Source of the DNA: Lepidodermella squamata | Lineage: Eukaryota > Animalia > Gastrotricha | NCBI GenBank assembly: GCA_047495785.1 | Contig: JBLDXI010000010.1 | Location: forward strand, 186,001 to 250,000 | Direction: 5' to 3' | Length of the DNA stretch: 64,000 nucleotides | Shown here: one piece after another, positions 12,524 through 26,411 of the stretch | Numbering within the stretch: position 1 is the first letter of the stretch | How the letters are laid out: the number at the start of each line of letters is the position of its first letter | Translations under genes and position numbers: made by a program | The notes under the pieces: generated by a model | Told to the model about the DNA's origin: nothing | Database searches by the model: none | Seen by the model: the letters and a program-made list of their open reading frames with translations, nothing else

Positions 12524-14520
12524 TTTATCATTATTTTTTGTTGTTGTCGCCTGAAGAGGAAACGGGAAAAAACAGCCTAATGTGTTAAATAAAGTATAAA
12601 AAATGTCTCATTTTTTGTGATTGATTTACACCCTGGAGCGGTTTTTTTTACACTGTAAACTTGTTTTTTCTTACCATGATGTCTTGAAGGCAAATATATG
12701 TATATGCGGGCTTAAAAAGTTGCACCGAAAATTCGAAAAAAACAAGAAAATCGTGTTAACGATGCGCGGAGAAGAAAAAAGCGGGATTGTAAAATTTGTA
12801 CAAGACGGAAATTAGGCATCGAGTTATTTTTAGATTTTTCCACTAAGATCGCATTATAGTGTAAGCTTTTTGCAGTTGCCAGCACGTGATGCACGCGACG
12901 TGCTTTTCTTCGCGATAAATAGATGCGCGTGTTTACGAAAAATCGGCGATTATTATCTCACACAGCATAATAAAAACGAGTGCGCCTTACTAGTATTCTT
13001 TCGGGGCGGCGGAAAACCCTGGCGCTCACCCAGGCACGTGAAGCTAATGGACAAAGGCTAGCCGCGGTAAATAGGCTCGTTGTTATCTCGCCGAATTATT
13101 CATTTCTATCAAAACAACATTTATTTTTGTCCCTGTTGATTGCATTCTGTCTGGTTTTATTGCATTTAAGGCGACTCGCTTAGTTCAGTCGGCGATTTTT
13201 TTTTTTCATTTCCAGAAGTCAAAAGGCTTGAAGTTTGCCTCTCCCGGTGCATATCGCTCACCGTGTTTTTTTCACTCCCAAGTCACCCGGCTGGCATAAT
13301 GGCGCGTCGCATTTTTTCACTCCCCAGCCGCAAATGTGCACCGGTGCGGTTATTAATATTATTATTATTAAGGGAGGCGCAGTGGTGCGCGCTTTTTTTG
13401 CGCCTTCGTTTTTTACGCGCGCATTTGCATTTTAAATCGAAAGCGCTCACGCAAAGTGACTTAGAAACCAGCACCTATATGACACTTTCAAGTTATATAC
13501 GCGCCGCAAAAAAATAGTAGCGATTTCTCAACTTTCGGTACAAATAAACAAAAGTGTGTATGATTATTATTTTATTGAAATCAATTTTTTCGCCCAGGTG
13601 TGTAAGCGCGTGCGCGCGTCGCGTTTTTTCTTTCTTACCCACCCATGTTGCACCAGAAGCTGAAAGACGGCCGCGTTGAAAATTGGATAGCTATATCGAT
13701 GGCTATTTACTATGTGATATACCTTGGTCAATGAGCGAGCGAACGGTGTGCGCTTTCTTGAACCCAATATATAAAATGTAAACAATGCGCCTCTATTAAT
13801 AAAAATTGGCCACACCTTGGCGCGCACTGTATCGCGCTCTTTTTGTGCTCATTTTGTTTTTGTGCACCCGATACTACTCTAACTGTAAGCGATTTCATCG
13901 CAATCATTAGGTTAGTAATAATAAACACGCCTCAAGAGTACCACCACCCGACACGATTGAAGCAATGCTTTACAACTGCGAGTTATAATGAAATTATAGC
14001 CGCGATTAAATGATACGTAATATTATAATATATGCGTCCAGGTGGTGGCTATTTACCTATTAAAATCCGAAATATTTGTATGAAAGCTTTGCTAAGCTTA
14101 AATATCAAACCACAACCTATAATTTAGGCCGAAAAGGCAACGCGATAATTGCTAGTTACTCTATTTTTTCGCATGTTTCATCACTATAGAAGCAAATGAC
14201 CTCTCGCCGTCACTTGAAAAGCTGATTGACCAGTTGTTGGTTTTTTTCCTAAAGGGAAATAAAAACCCACGCATTTAATTTTTTTGGCGGCTTCGCGTGA
14301 CGAGTGCACGTGTGCGCAGTTGCCTTATTCATTCTCCCAACTTCCCGAATAAATAGCAATTTAGATCGATGAATTTGGCTCTTCAAAGTTTTTAACGAAT
14401 ATGATTTTCTTTTCAATTATATATATTTTAATTATATGCTAAACCAAAGAACCTGACGCATTCTTCATCATCTTCACTTGATTTAATTTTACAACAAGTA
14501 TCTGAATCAACACATTTTGG

Positions 14521-16856
14521 ATGCTTCTGCTTTTTTTAGAAACTGCGATGCAAAAACATAATGCGCACGCTGAGGAAGCTGCTGCTGACAACAAGTGAGT
14601 CTCTTTTTCCAGGATTTTCTACTTCCAAAATTAATATTAGGATGAGAATTATCTGAATTACTGCGGATTAATATTACTGCAGCAAACTGTCAGATTCAAT
14701 TATAGCTCGATTATCTGAATATTCGATTTAATATTTCGCATTTTTCGGGTCGGCGCTTGCGAAATTAAAGAATTCTGAAATCTCAAAACTCGTTCAGAGA
14801 TATGAATTTTAGATACCAATAAGGAGGACTAATAATCTTTTATCATTGGAAATGGGCTAACTTGGTCGAAGCGAAATTATTATCCACATCTTGCCAATGT
14901 CATCGAAAATGGGTTTAGAGGAGGCCTAAAAAATATTGGAATATTTTTGAGACTGGGGAAAATTTCGCGTGGCATGCCAAAAGCTCCGTAAATTGAAAAT
15001 CGGACATTAAATTTGAAAATCGAGCAATGGTCGGCCATCATGCGCATTTTCAGCCTTAACAAGTTGAAAATTTCGATAACTCAACTCTGAAATATTCATT
15101 ATTTTGGCGTTTCTGGGCTCCATTCGAACTGGGCGATAGGCTTTGATTTCAACATTTACGTTTTTAAGATTCGAGACTTGGAGTCTCCTCGATTGTAAGC
15201 CAAATATTACTTTCTATTGGGACAAAGGAAAAGTTGAGCAAGGCTGCAGAAGGTATTAATGCATGGACTGAACGGAACATCTTAAGAATTGTGGGTGGTT
15301 CAAAGCTTGACAACTGCTAATGTTCGGAAAATTTTAGGAATTCCGCCAGCCTCTTCAAAGAAACATTTTAACTGCAAAGTAGGAAATGATACAAAAATTG
15401 AACGTTTTTGAGTAGCTGAAATTCTTTACCCCAAATGACGGTTGAAAAATGATCCTGTAACTTAGCTATGAATAGAATGCAAAAAACGCTCAAAAATTGA
15501 AGGAAAAAAATATTGCGCCGGCATAAAAAATGGACGATTTACAAGTGAGAGGCATCTCGTAGAACAGTTTTTAAACTATATATTCCTACTTTTCCAAACT
15601 TGGAGTTCAAAAATTGACTCTAGAGCAACAATTGCCTTTCAAAATTTGAAATTGCAAATCTGGAAAATTTTACAATTTTATTTGCGCATCGAAGAACGAG
15701 CAATGATTTCAGACGGACGAGTGCATAGAAAAACGAAAAAAAAAGAAAAAATCCATTATCAATTTCAATAATGATTTCCGAGCATAAAAGGGATAGGATA
15801 AATTGTTGGCTATTTTGCATGGAGCTTGGATTTGAGTTTTTGAATTACAAGATTTTAATGATTTTTATAATTTCCAGGCGCCGTTTCACCATCGGCTCTG
15901 TGCGCGATTTCGGCCACCAAACACGCCGCCGATCCGTCAGCCAAGCAGCGCCTCGCCTGCCCGTGCCGCTTCCATCAGACCGCGTCGAGGCGCCGCAGCT
16001 GCCGCCGCCTCTAATCACCCTAAACGACGGCCCGGTTGTCGCGACTTCAAAAACCACCAGCAGCCATCACTCGAATCTACCCCAACTCGGCCATCTAACC
16101 ACGACGACTAGCAGTAGTAAAGCCTCACCGCGGGCGACAAAGCCCTACCTAACCACAGTCCCGATCCGGTCAGACCTAGACGACGACCGGCGCAGGACAA
16201 GTTCGTTCGGCGGCGTGACGCCCCGCGAAACGGCGATAATCGCCGTGAGAAACGCCCGCCTCACCGCCGCCCTAAACCGCATCGATCTCAAAGAAACGTC
16301 TTCAAGCAGCAGCAACAACCCGGTTCTACTAGGCCATCATATGCAACCATCATCACGCCGGTCTTCATTTTCAACCCCGAAAAACAACGCGTCGAAGCCT
16401 GTTAAAGAAGCAGCGAAGGACGAGTCGATTAATCAAAGCAACCTACCCGCCACGGCGGAGGATATGTGGAAGAAACAGTTTCAGGAACTTTTCGACAGCG
16501 TTACGCCGAATTATTGCCGGCTGTCGACGATTAACGAACAGCAGTCACTGCTGCCGTCGATTGGGCATCAGGAGTTGTTGGCGCCACTAGCGCATGAAGA
16601 ACGCGTCTCGTCGCCGATGATTATGCTGCCGCCGAGTGTTGTCAACGAGCCGACGCCGATTACGATGGTCGAGTCGGTGTCGTGCTCGGAGGAGTTTCGC
16701 CGAACGTGGGAGGAGTTGTTCCCGCAGCCGGTTGATGAACCGCGCGCGTTCAACGACGAGTGTTTAGACGTTGTCGGCAAGGAAACGCCGCGGAAGGGCG
16801 GCAAAAGCAACCGGCGGTCGAGTCAGGTCCACTTTGCGCCGACTAGATACCCATGA
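14521..16856 (+). CDS. Paralogue A of an unrecognised disordered CSxEF-motif family (exons 14521-14594, 15878-16856)
   Basis: Phase-2 intron GTGAGT..TTTCCAG gives DNK|RRFTIGS; contains CSEEFRRTWEELF. Confidence 0.65.
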
Positions 16857-16890
16857 CATGTCGGAAGAAATCAATGAAAAAACAGTCATT

Positions 16891-17313
16891 TGACCCTTAA
16901 CAAGTGAAAAGTGGCGAAAAATTTGAAATTTCGAAATTTAAAAATTTTTAGTGAGATTTTGATGTCGCTTTCAAGATCAATTAACGAGGAGTCGAACGAT
17001 ATCAAAAATAGCTTTATAGTCATTAGGGTTGCTGAGAAATTTGCCTTTAAAGTTTACCACTGAAAAATGCTAAAATTTCAAAAAAGTGCGCTTTAAAAAA
17101 TTGATTTTTTTATTGCATCAATTAATAATCCCTCGCGCAGTAAATTTTAATTTTTTTGCTTATATTCTGTCGACCTTTTCAAAGTAATCCGAAGTGAGGA
17201 ATAAAGAGGTCTAAAATTTGAAAATTTAAAATCTTGAAATTTTGTTAAGATTTTAAGAATATTTTGAATTAAAAAATATTCGCCAAATCCCATTTTTCAC
17301 TTGTTAACGGCCA
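16891..17313. mobile_element. Putative MITE with imperfect ~20-bp TIRs
   Basis: Left end TGACCCTTAACAAGTGAAAA, right end TTTTCACTTGTTAACGGCCA; AT-rich non-coding interior. Confidence 0.45.
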
Positions 17314-19094
17314 TTTAAAAGTGTCTCTATTCCTGCAAAACCTAAATTTTTTTTACAATTTCTGTTCGATTTTTCTGGCTTTTAAGGAAGATTTTTTCTT
17401 GTGCAAGTCTCCCCAGCATCTATAAGTTCGAAGCTATTCAACATCTTCCAGATATCATGTGAAATATTGTGAAGTTAGAATATTATAAGAAATTTAGCCT
17501 GATTAAAAAATTATTTTAGCTGATTGATATTATTGTGCTGTATTTATTTTTTAAAAATCGCTGATCGAATCTCACGTCTAATTCAGCGATGCTACCTCTT
17601 TTTAATTCTGTTGTTGATGAATTCCGATTGATTTTTTTTACTTGCAACTTCAAGCCTTTATATAAATCGAAGAAACCGAGTAATTTTAGATGAAATTAAA
17701 TTTTTAATATATTATTCCCATTATTGATGTTTGACTGATATTATTTTGTAAAACCGTTTGAAGAAGTAAAAAACAGCCACTCGAGTGTTTTCAGATTAAT
17801 GAAAAAAAATCCCCATTGCTAATTAGCCTGAGAGAGTGCGACATCGTTGTTATTTCGCAGACGGACAGGATATTTTTCCCATTAACAAAATCAATTTCGA
17901 ATTAAATTGAAACCTGCAACCTGCATCCGAGATTGAGACTCATTTGCGCTGATTAATCGCCGGCTATGTCGCAGTTTTATTTCCCATAAGGTTCGAGATG
18001 ACCCTGCCGAACGACCTCTTTGATTTCGCACACACAAAACAGGCTTGAAACCTAAATCCGTGGTAAACACCGCGCGTTTTCCCCTAAAAAGTGCATATAT
18101 TTTTAGTGCTTTTAAATAAGCTGTTTTTGAATTAATTAGCTAAATTTCTGCGTTCTTAAGCCACACCTTGTAAGCCTTCGCACTTTGCTCGAATGCTCCC
18201 TCATGTGGGAAATGACCTTTTCCTCTCCATTAATAAGCCAAATTCAACCAAACATTGGCGAATAGCCAGAATCGGTAATTAAATTTATCGCTGTTAATTG
18301 CGCGTATTTTACGGTAGGGTTTATCTCCCAATTAGCGCTATAAAATATTCATCGTAATATTGTCTCGCTTCGTTATGCGCAAAATTAAATATTTAATTTA
18401 AAAAAAGTCATCTCCACCCATGCGAAAACTTGAAATTGACATGTGATGTGCGCATTTGTTTTTCCGAGTTTTCGATCACATTTCAAACTCAGTCTAGCTT
18501 ATCAATATTTATTATGCCGCCAAGTATCAAATTTTTTTCTCCCAATATTTATCCTGGCAATTTTCCAAGCAGTCAGTGATTCCGAGCTCAGACTGAATAA
18601 GCTGTATGATTCACGCGCAAATACGCTCATTCCGTCTTGTCCGTGACAGTTCGATAGCGCACCTTGGCGGATACGGCCCATTGACAAAAAGCTATGCGCA
18701 TATATACCTAACTCGCGCCTAAATATCGCATCAAATTACAAAAAGGTGCCGAGTCTTGGATAAATTTATTGCTCAAGTTTTTTTTATAGCGCAAATAAGC
18801 CAGATCACGTCAGCAGTTTTTTCATTGATTTTGAATCGCTTACGCAAATCATCTTTAAATAAACTTGAGATGTAGGCACGACGAAAACATTGGTTTTAAT
18901 GCAAAAAGACGCTGCGGTCTGCGCATCACGCGGCAAAATTAATCATCATCGTTTTGCGCGAATATAAGAAAAAAACATCACGCGTGCGATATGAATGGCC
19001 GCGATTGAATTTCGCTCTGCTCATACCTATGTTTTTTTGCGTAGAGTTTTGTTAGTAAAATATTGCGCATCACCTCCGCTCCGTGTCAACTGTC

Positions 19095-19798
19095 ATGTTG
19101 GAGAGCGTTGAAAAGACACGACCGACAGCTCACAGCTACGATAACATCACACAACTTAAAGACAGGTGGGTGCTAATTTCTCGTGCGTTCTCATCACGCT
19201 ATACGCGCCCTCGCGCATACTTATCACAAGTATTTAATCGCTAAAACACTCAGATCCATTTTTTTCATTATCTAGCCGAAGAAGTTCTATTGAAATGTCT
19301 GGCATGCCCAAAATTGTCGTCATCAACACCAGCTCGCCAAAGCCTCGACCTGTCTCTGGCATATTGGTAAACAGTAAAAGCAGCGAGAAGAATTCCTCGA
19401 AAAATGGCTCCTCAGTCAACTTGCTGGGCTCTGATGAAGATGAGGATGGGACATATCGACGCCACCGAACTGTTTCATTCGCTGGGGTGATCGTGCTACC
19501 AGAGCCTGGCGCTATGGTCCCAGAAGAGAACTGTTCTTCAAAGCCACTCGTCGACCAGAAGCCGCGTTTGAAGCCGTTGCTACGCCGCGATACGCCTCAT
19601 GATATCATGAGCTGTGGTAAAAAGGGCAGCAAACATATCCCAAGCATGGGCGCTTTGAGCCAATCGTCGCAAGACCTATCGAAATCGTCAAGCCTCGATC
19701 AAGTCGCCAACAGTCAAAACGGCGGGCCGGTCGAGCTGATCGACGCCAAATGTTCGGCTGAATTCCGACGCGTCTTCAACGAAATGGCTAACGAATAA
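19095..19798 (+). CDS. Paralogue B of the CSxEF-motif family (exons 19095-19165, 19276-19798)
   Basis: Phase-2 intron gives KDS|RRSSIEM; contains PKIVVI, RTVSF and CSAEFRRVFNEM. Confidence 0.65.
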
Positions 19799-20193
19799 AT
19801 CTGAAAATTGTTTTTGTCTCATGTGTAATTTTATTATAGCAATTTTATGTAAATAAAAGTGGAACAGATTTTTATCCAGGTCACTTGGATCATTTTTTTT
19901 CTTTTCATTCCGGGTGTGAACGAATTGCACTTAGTATTCGCCGCCGTCGGGGTGCGTAATTAATGGGACAATAGTTTAAAGGCGCGATGCACCTGAAATT
20001 GCGTCTTTGACATAATTGAAGCGCGCGTGTGTATCAAAAAAGGAAGGAAAAAACCACTTGATCGTTTATATACCCATGTATGCGCGGCCCTTGGCAACTA
20101 TCGCCGGTGTAGTAGTCACCCTACTTGCAGCCGCAAAATAGCCGCATTAAAAAAATTGACCAGTGCGAGTTTTTTTAATTCCTCATTTTTAAA

Positions 20194-20568
20194 ATGGAAA
20201 GTCAGGGCGAAAAAACTGAGCCTCCGTAAGTGTGATTTTTCAAAAAATCCTCCTTAAAAATATTTTTTCCCAACAGCCGTCGGCATACGGTTGGAGAGGG
20301 TTCAAAATTGCGTTTCATCTTGCCAAAACAACGCCAACGCTCCAAGTCTATCCACGTGGCTAGCTCATCACCGCCGCCACTGAATTTCAATTGTTCGCCC
20401 GAATTCAAGAAAACTTGGCAAGAAATATGGCGCGAAAAGCTGGGCGATCAAAACGGAAACGCGTCAACAGACGAAACACATGCCAAATCTCATAATGGCC
20501 TGAAAAAATCGTCCTTCTATCACCGGATAGCAGCTGATTTTCAACGACGCCATCACCGCTACGCATAA
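20194..20568 (+). CDS. Paralogue C of the CSxEF-motif family (exons 20194-20225, 20277-20568)
   Basis: 51-nt phase-2 intron GTAAGT..CAACAG gives EPP|RRHTVG; contains CSPEFKKTWQEIW. Confidence 0.65.
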
Positions 20569-20945
20569 AAAAGATTCATATTTTTTGCGATTCGAAATTT
20601 CACTCCTTAAGTCATCCACGCGCAATTTTTGGCAATAAATTTTGTTGTTTATTTCCGGACTCACACGTGCATGAATCGGATGTATAATGGGCGTTACGTT
20701 ATGGGCCTTTTTAATGTAATGTGGACAGCGTTGAATTTCTTATAGGAAGAGCGTCACGAGCCTATGCAAAACCCACTCGTTGCTGTCAGTCACTTTCATT
20801 GATTTTCAGGCCGAAAAAAGCTAAAATAGCTGTCAACCACACATTGCGGCGGCGATGACGATGCAAATCTTGATTCATCGTTTTGCGTGTGTTTTTTTCT
20901 AGCGCAATAGGACGCATGGGACAACTTTAAGGTTGAAATAAAATC

Positions 20946-21486
20946 ATGAAAAAATTGAATCGATCCAGACGGTAGGTGAATTTTGTAAATAAATTGCGAG
21001 ACATGATTACGTCAGCTGCAACGGGCGTGGGATCCTTATAAAGTTCAGAAAAAATTGAAAAAAATATTTATAATTTTTGAAAAATCGAATGACAGGAAAT
21101 CAATATAGAAAGTATGCAACTGAATTCTCAAGTTAGCCTGTTTCATTTTCTTTTGCTTCTATAGGCGTTGCCACACCTTCCCGACTGGTCGAGGGAATCT
21201 ATCGTCTCAAGTTAAAAATTTAAAATCGAAATGCCTAAGCGCTCTGAAGGAAACCGATGTCGAGTCTGCGTCAAAATCAATTCCTAATCTGTGCGCGAAT
21301 TGCTCGCCTGAATTCAAGCGAGTTTGGATCGAAACTTGGCGAGAAATTGGCGGCGTTTCCGATCAAGAACTCGAAGCTAGTCTGCAGATAGCTGACATCA
21401 GGAAACCGTTGGAATTTGACGATAGTAACAAATTGACTAATAACCTGCTAACATCGAGATGCAAAACATGCTACAACGGAGGCTAG
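20946..21486 (+). CDS. Paralogue D of the CSxEF-motif family (exons 20946-20971, 21165-21486); absent from the ORF track
   Basis: Phase-2 intron GTAGGT..CTATAG gives SRR|RCHTFP; contains CSPEFKRVWIETW; AATAAA downstream. Confidence 0.6.
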
Positions 21487-21606
21487 GTAACAAATTAAGA
21501 ATAAATAAAAACTGAATTCCAAAGTCTCACAACAATTTATTGAACAAGTGAAACAAGTCAAATCGAATGAAACCACATCAAATTTTCCCTGATTTTTTCA
21601 GGGTTA

Positions 21607-23422
21607 TTATTGGTCTTTGAGCTTAGCAAACCCGAATTTTGCTTTCGAGTAAATATAGCGTAAGGTAAGGAAAATGCCAAAAATTGCAAGAACTAATAAG
21701 AGATAAAGATCCAGGTCATACAGGCGGTAAAATGGAGCTTCATTTTCGAACATTTTCAAATGATCCGAACCTATCGCCATCTCCATTTCAATGAAATCAA
21801 CTGCTGTTTTGAACCGCTGCGAGTTGTAGTAGAGCGACGCTGCCATTTTCATGATATTCGCCATGAGAATCGGATCTTTCCCGAGAAAACGGCTCAGGAT
21901 ATCAGCGGATTTCGAGCAAACTTCAGCTGGATCAAGCGGACCAGTATGCGGTAGAATTTCAGCTACTCCCAACTCTTCACATCGTAAGGCGTTTATCGGC
22001 TGGTCGGCGAATATCGGGTAGATCAGGAGAGGCTTAGCCGCTAGAAACGTTTCGAACAAGCTCTCCAGACCACCATGGCTAACGAATAGATGAACAGCAG
22101 GGTGATTCAATACTTTGATTTGAGCAACCCGCTTTTCTAGCCTGAAATTCGGGAAGTTATCCAAATTTGATAGAACCAAATCAGGAATGTCCCTTGTGAT
22201 GTCTGAAGCTCCATAAGACCATAACAAATTGATTTTGAATGGCCGATTGCACAGCAATAGACCCGAGATTAAATCGTTCATCGCCTGGCTTCTCGGTATG
22301 AAAGCTGAACCGAATGCCATGTAAATCACACTTTCGCCCCTGGAGTGAGCTTCATCGAGCCATTGTTGAAGGCCATGGTCCATTTGATACATATCCTGCT
22401 CGATTGTTGGTCCAAGAACGTGGATGAAAGGAGAGATGTAGCGGGGATATTCGAAACCGACGAAGTTGTGAACGAAAATGTGCTTGTTATTGTACGGCAC
22501 TGTGATGTCTGAGTGATGAGGCACGCCGAATTTCCTTCATTTTCGCGTTGAAAGGGATCAAGTAGTACCACAACTGAATAGGAGCCACGAATTTCTTGTA
22601 AATTCTTTGAAAAATCGTAGCTTTGTATGGGCCTTGCGGGGCGAAGGCGGTCGGGAGAAAATGAGGCACGCCTGGAATGACGATAACCGAAGACAAAGAA
22701 GCAGTGACAACGAAAGGAATGTTGAGAGCATTTGCTACATCCGGGCAGCTGTACGATAGCCAATCGCAAACCAGTAAGTCAGGTTTCCCAAGCTCGCAGA
22801 TTGACTTCAAACTCTTGAAAGCGCCTTCGTAAATGTTCTCGGCTATTTTCAGTCGCATCGCTGCAGAGAAATCAAAATCTGATAAGAAAAGTAAACGTCA
22901 ATTACAATTTTGATGAAATTCAGCAAAATTTAGAAATGGATCATTAAATCAAACGAATTAACAAAAAAACCGAAAAATAATAAAATTTAGGAACTTTCAT
23001 AAAAATACTTCTAACTTACAGCTCATTTTAGTTACACCTAAATCGTCGAGGAAAGCAGACACGGTAAAAGGTTCCTTAGAACTTGTTTGAAGCTTAGAAC
23101 AGCATTCTCGAGTGGAGTTTAGTTTCACGAAGTCATGAAATTGACCCGGCTTGAACCATTGCTTTGTATCTTCGAAACAAGAGGCGAATGCAGTTCGGTG
23201 GCCGCGTTTGATCAAGGCTCCGGATAGAGCGAGGAAAGGCCTCATGTGAGACCTGGTACTGGTTTCAGCTACGAACAAGATGAATCTGGACTTGGAGACA
23301 TGAGCGACCAAATCAGGCGACATGTTCGACTTTATCTGGGTTAATTTGATTGAAGAGTACTCAGAACTTGCCGGTATGAATGACTGCAATATTAACGTGA
23401 TTATAAGCACGAGACACTCCAT
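21607..23422 (-). pseudogene. UDP-glycosyltransferase copy 1 (intron 22861-23019), frameshifted at ~22530
   Basis: UGT signature VAQIKVLNHPAVHLFVSHGGLESLFE..PIFADQPIN, signal peptide, C-terminal TM and KLKDQ. The frame changes at MKEIR/KFGVP with no intron. Confidence 0.8.
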
Positions 23423-24389
23423 GTTCAATTTGGAAAGTGATGCAAATTTTGAAAGAATAAATTTCAATAGTAATTTCGATGTTTTAGGAGTACAGTGTCC
23501 GGCGTGGCATATTGTATTCTCTGGCCGACTTTGCGCAGGTCAAAAAGACAGATTTTGACCTTTTTCACAACAAAAATATGTCCACCGCTAGTAAGGATTA
23601 AAACTACAAAGAAGAAGCAGCTGTTCGCAAATTACAGGTTCCTTGTCAAAACAGCACCTTCCGGTAGACATTTTTTGATCAAATAGAATGTCTCACACGT
23701 CGCGGAACTGCCATCTCACCTGAGTGAGGCCATGATCATCATCCTTCATCTATACCTTCAGGATTTTTGAACTCTGATTGACAACGATCGGATATCACTT
23801 CTGAGTTGCCCGATCTTCTTCCTACAAGCCTGAAAATGGTTTTTTATTCAATAATTTTGATGAAAAATTCTCTGGTACCATAAGACCAACGCATATCGAT
23901 TTTGCGAGGGTGATCACATAAGCTGTCGCAGTGAGGGTGAACCGCCGGGGAATTTCGCTCCTCGGTGATCACGCAGAACCGAGAGAGCCATGTAAACACC
24001 ACTCACGACGTGACTGAGCTTGATATCTAGCCAATTTTGAAGGTTGTCACACTCCTGGACGTCTATCCCAAAAGCAATACACAGGAGCACGAAAGGTGAC
24101 TCATGGCGTGGTCGAAACCAAAATATAATGAATGATGACGTAGGTCTGTTTACTTCGAAAGGGGGCCGTGCGTCGTAAGGTCTGATGTCTGATTGCGATA
24201 AGTCACGCTCACTTTCGCCCCCCATCTCACTCAAAATATCATCCTCATAAGTGATGAACCACGAACGAAGAAACTAAGCTGTGGAATGACATTTGTTTTG
24301 ATAAAAACCTTAAAGTTTTCATGCAATTATGTATTTATTCAATGAAAGATTGCAACACCGAGATAGAAATAGGAAAGCCTTCACATACG

Positions 24390-26120
24390 TCAATCATTTT
24401 TTAGCTTATTGTCAAACGCAGCGGTATTAGAAGTAAGTTTGCGAACAGCCAATACGAGAGCCGTACAAAAAAGAAGAGGTAAAACAAATAGATCAATGTC
24501 ATACAGACGATAAAACGGTGCTTCATCTTCGAACATTCTTAAATGTTCCGATCCTATCGCCATCTCCATCTCCAGGACATCGACAGCGGCTTCAAAACCT
24601 TGCGAATTGTAGTAAAGTGATGCCGATATTCTTCGGATGCTATCAATTAAACTTGGATCTTTTAGGCGGAAACGGGTAAGCAAATCGGCGGCCTTGCTGC
24701 ATACCTCGCTCGACTCTAATTGCCTCGTGTCGAGTAAAGTCGCCGCTACTCCAAGTTCCTCACATCGCATAGCATTCATCGGCTGATCGACCGACATTGG
24801 ATAGATCATCAGCGGTTTCCCGGCCAAAAAGCTTTCGAACAAACTCTCTAACCCACCATGACTGACGAACAGGTGAACAGCCGGATGGTTGAGCACTTTG
24901 ACCTGGGCAACTCGTTTTTCCAGTCTTAAGTTGTCATATTTGCTGAGGTTTTTCAACAAGTCTTCAGGCACACCTCCATAGGACCACAGCAAATTGACTT
25001 TGAATCGCAGTTCGCAAGACAACAGTCCTTTGATGAAAGTTTGAACAGCTTCCTTCGTAGGCACGAAAAATGTTCCAAATGCCATGTAGATAACACTTTC
25101 GCCGCGTGAATGAGCTTTGTCCAGCCAATCTTTCAAATCTGGGTCAATCGGCTTTGCGTCACTTTCCACAATCGGCCCCAAAATGTGGACAAACGGTGAG
25201 GTGTAGCGAGCATACTCAAACCCGAAGAAACTGCTGACAAAGACATGTTTGTTCTTGTATGGATACATTCGGTCAGAAAACGGCGCAACACCAACTTTCG
25301 ATCGCAGCTCTTGCATCTCGTAGAAAAACGTGCCGAGGTAATAAGCAGCCTCGAGTGGAAGGACGAATTTCTTGTAGAATCTCTGAAAGAATGTGGCTCT
25401 GTAAGGTCCATCGGGAGCTATTTCAGTTGGTACAAAACTTGGAACGCCCGGAATGATGGGCGCGGAGAAAGATGAGGCCGTTGCAACGTAAGGAATTTTC
25501 AAAGTATTGGCAACGTCAGGACAGGACATTGATAGCCAGTCACAAACTAGCAAGTCAGGTCTATCTTCCATACAAACGGAGAACAGATGGCGATAGGCAC
25601 CTTCGTAGATAGCTCGCGAAAGCTTCGGATACACCACGCTGAGAAACTGAAGAACTGAAAGATGGCGAAAGATAGGCTTGGTGATGTTATTGATAATTAT
25701 TTATATCTTACAAGGCATTTTCGACGCGGTCGCCATTTCTTCTGTCATCGCTGACATATTCGAAGAGAATGTCTTAGAGCCACAGCTTTTGAAATCCTCG
25801 GTGGTGTTCAGCTTGATAAACCCAAGAAAGTCACCGGGTTCTGGCCAGTTTCTTGCATGTTCAAAGCAGGAGGCAAACGCAGTTCGATGACCCCGCTGTA
25901 TCAGCAATTTGGATAGAAGTCTATGCGACTTCAAGTGCGAACGGGTGCCAGTCTCCGTGACAAACAGAACGTATCTTGGCTTAGACACCAGATCATTAAG
26001 GTCTGGGGACATGTTCGATTTCAAATGGCGTAGCTTCTCAGAGGAATATGCAGCATATGTGAGGTTCAATAATAACAATAAAAGGCAGGGAGCGACTTTT
26101 AGTTGATTCAATAGGTCCAT
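24390..26120 (-). CDS. UDP-glycosyltransferase copy 2 (intron 25655-25711)
   Basis: Intact frame, UGT signature, signal peptide, TM and KLKND ER-retrieval-like end. Confidence 0.92.
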
Positions 26121-26411
26121 TATAGAAGGCAATTCGAAGAGTGACAATTAAATGTAATGTAAAATGTTTGATGTTGAGAATAAGCCTGCTGAAATTCACA
26201 ATTCGAACGTCTGTTTTCCAGTGTGTTGTAGTCGAGCTTGGTGCACTTCTGTTGCCATTCAAAATTCGCTACATCTGTGTTTTTTTCTAGGGCGCTCGGC
26301 CAACAATTTCACTACAACTTTTATTATTTTTTCACTAATCCAGAGACAAAATAAAGAGTTGTCATAAGTGAACTATCAGAGGTGGATATGTTCATTCAAG
26401 TCCCAGTTCAT

